A DNA stretch of 64,000 bases from Paraspadella gotoi (Eukaryota > Animalia > Chaetognatha). The position numbers and the translations under genes were made by a program. The notes beneath the pieces were generated by a model. The model made no database searches. It was not told the origin of the DNA and saw nothing but the letters and a program-made list of their open reading frames with translations. Location of the stretch: the NCBI GenBank assembly GCA_051294375.1, contig CM119263.1:22470833-22534832 (forward strand). Direction: 5' to 3'. Below are positions 63,481 through 64,000 of this stretch, piece by piece (position 1 is the first letter of the stretch; each line of letters starts with the position of its first letter).

Positions 63481-64000
63481 AGCAATNNNNNNNNNNNNNN
63501 NNNNNNNNNNNCTCCCTCCCTGATCCCAGAAACGGCAGCAATAAATCAAAAACCCGGGAAGCCTTCGAGAGGTCAGGTAAGAACGAATCCGGCAAGAACG
63601 CTAAAAGTGGCGTTTCGCCGACACATTTTCCGACACTTTCATCGCCGCGCGGGAGAGAAAAACAACCCGGCACCGCCAATCAGGGGAAAAAAAAAGCCTC
63701 GAGGGGGGAGGAGAGGGCGAGGAAAAAACCCCAGATGGGCCACCAGGCCACCTCGTTAAGAAACGTAAGTTCACCTAACCACCCCGGTCCAACCCGCCCC
63801 CGGCGCCCCCCTCATTACCCTCGGTTTGACTGAGTGCGAGGTGGTTAGTTTCTTTTTAAAAAAGATTTATTGTAGTCGTTTCTCGTTTACTGTTCCTTTG
63901 GACAATATGTTAACCTTCCGAGGGAATTTCACTGTCGAATGCGGAGAACGTCCATGCTCTGACCGTATGGTTAATGCTTATAATACATTTAGTTTTGACT

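Overview
AT-rich, microsatellite-rich eukaryotic (metazoan) genomic DNA from a draft assembly. The only well-supported protein-coding gene is a minus-strand rhodopsin-class biogenic-amine GPCR with six coding exons (16575->7212, ~460 aa after correction). It most resembles protostome beta-adrenergic-like octopamine receptors. It carries several single-base frameshifts confined to exons 2-3, more likely read errors than true pseudogenisation. Its introns hold an intron-containing tRNA-Tyr pseudogene, a tRNA-derived SINE-like element and a 230-bp island of six back-to-back helices. From ~24.8 kb onward the window is mostly redundant: an ~11-kb block occurs twice and an ~2.5-4.8-kb block three times. 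The copies differ by scattered indels and sit near exact 25-N gaps, which points to long-read gap-filling or haplotig redundancy. Comparing the copies reveals presence/absence differences: an internally deleted Tc1-like element with its empty TA site, a short 3'-anchored retroelement, a LINE RT fragment and minisatellite length changes. I found no novel system I can confidently support. The best unexplained candidates are the six-helix island (9421-9650) and an ~120-bp repeat with variable spacers (52281-54410).
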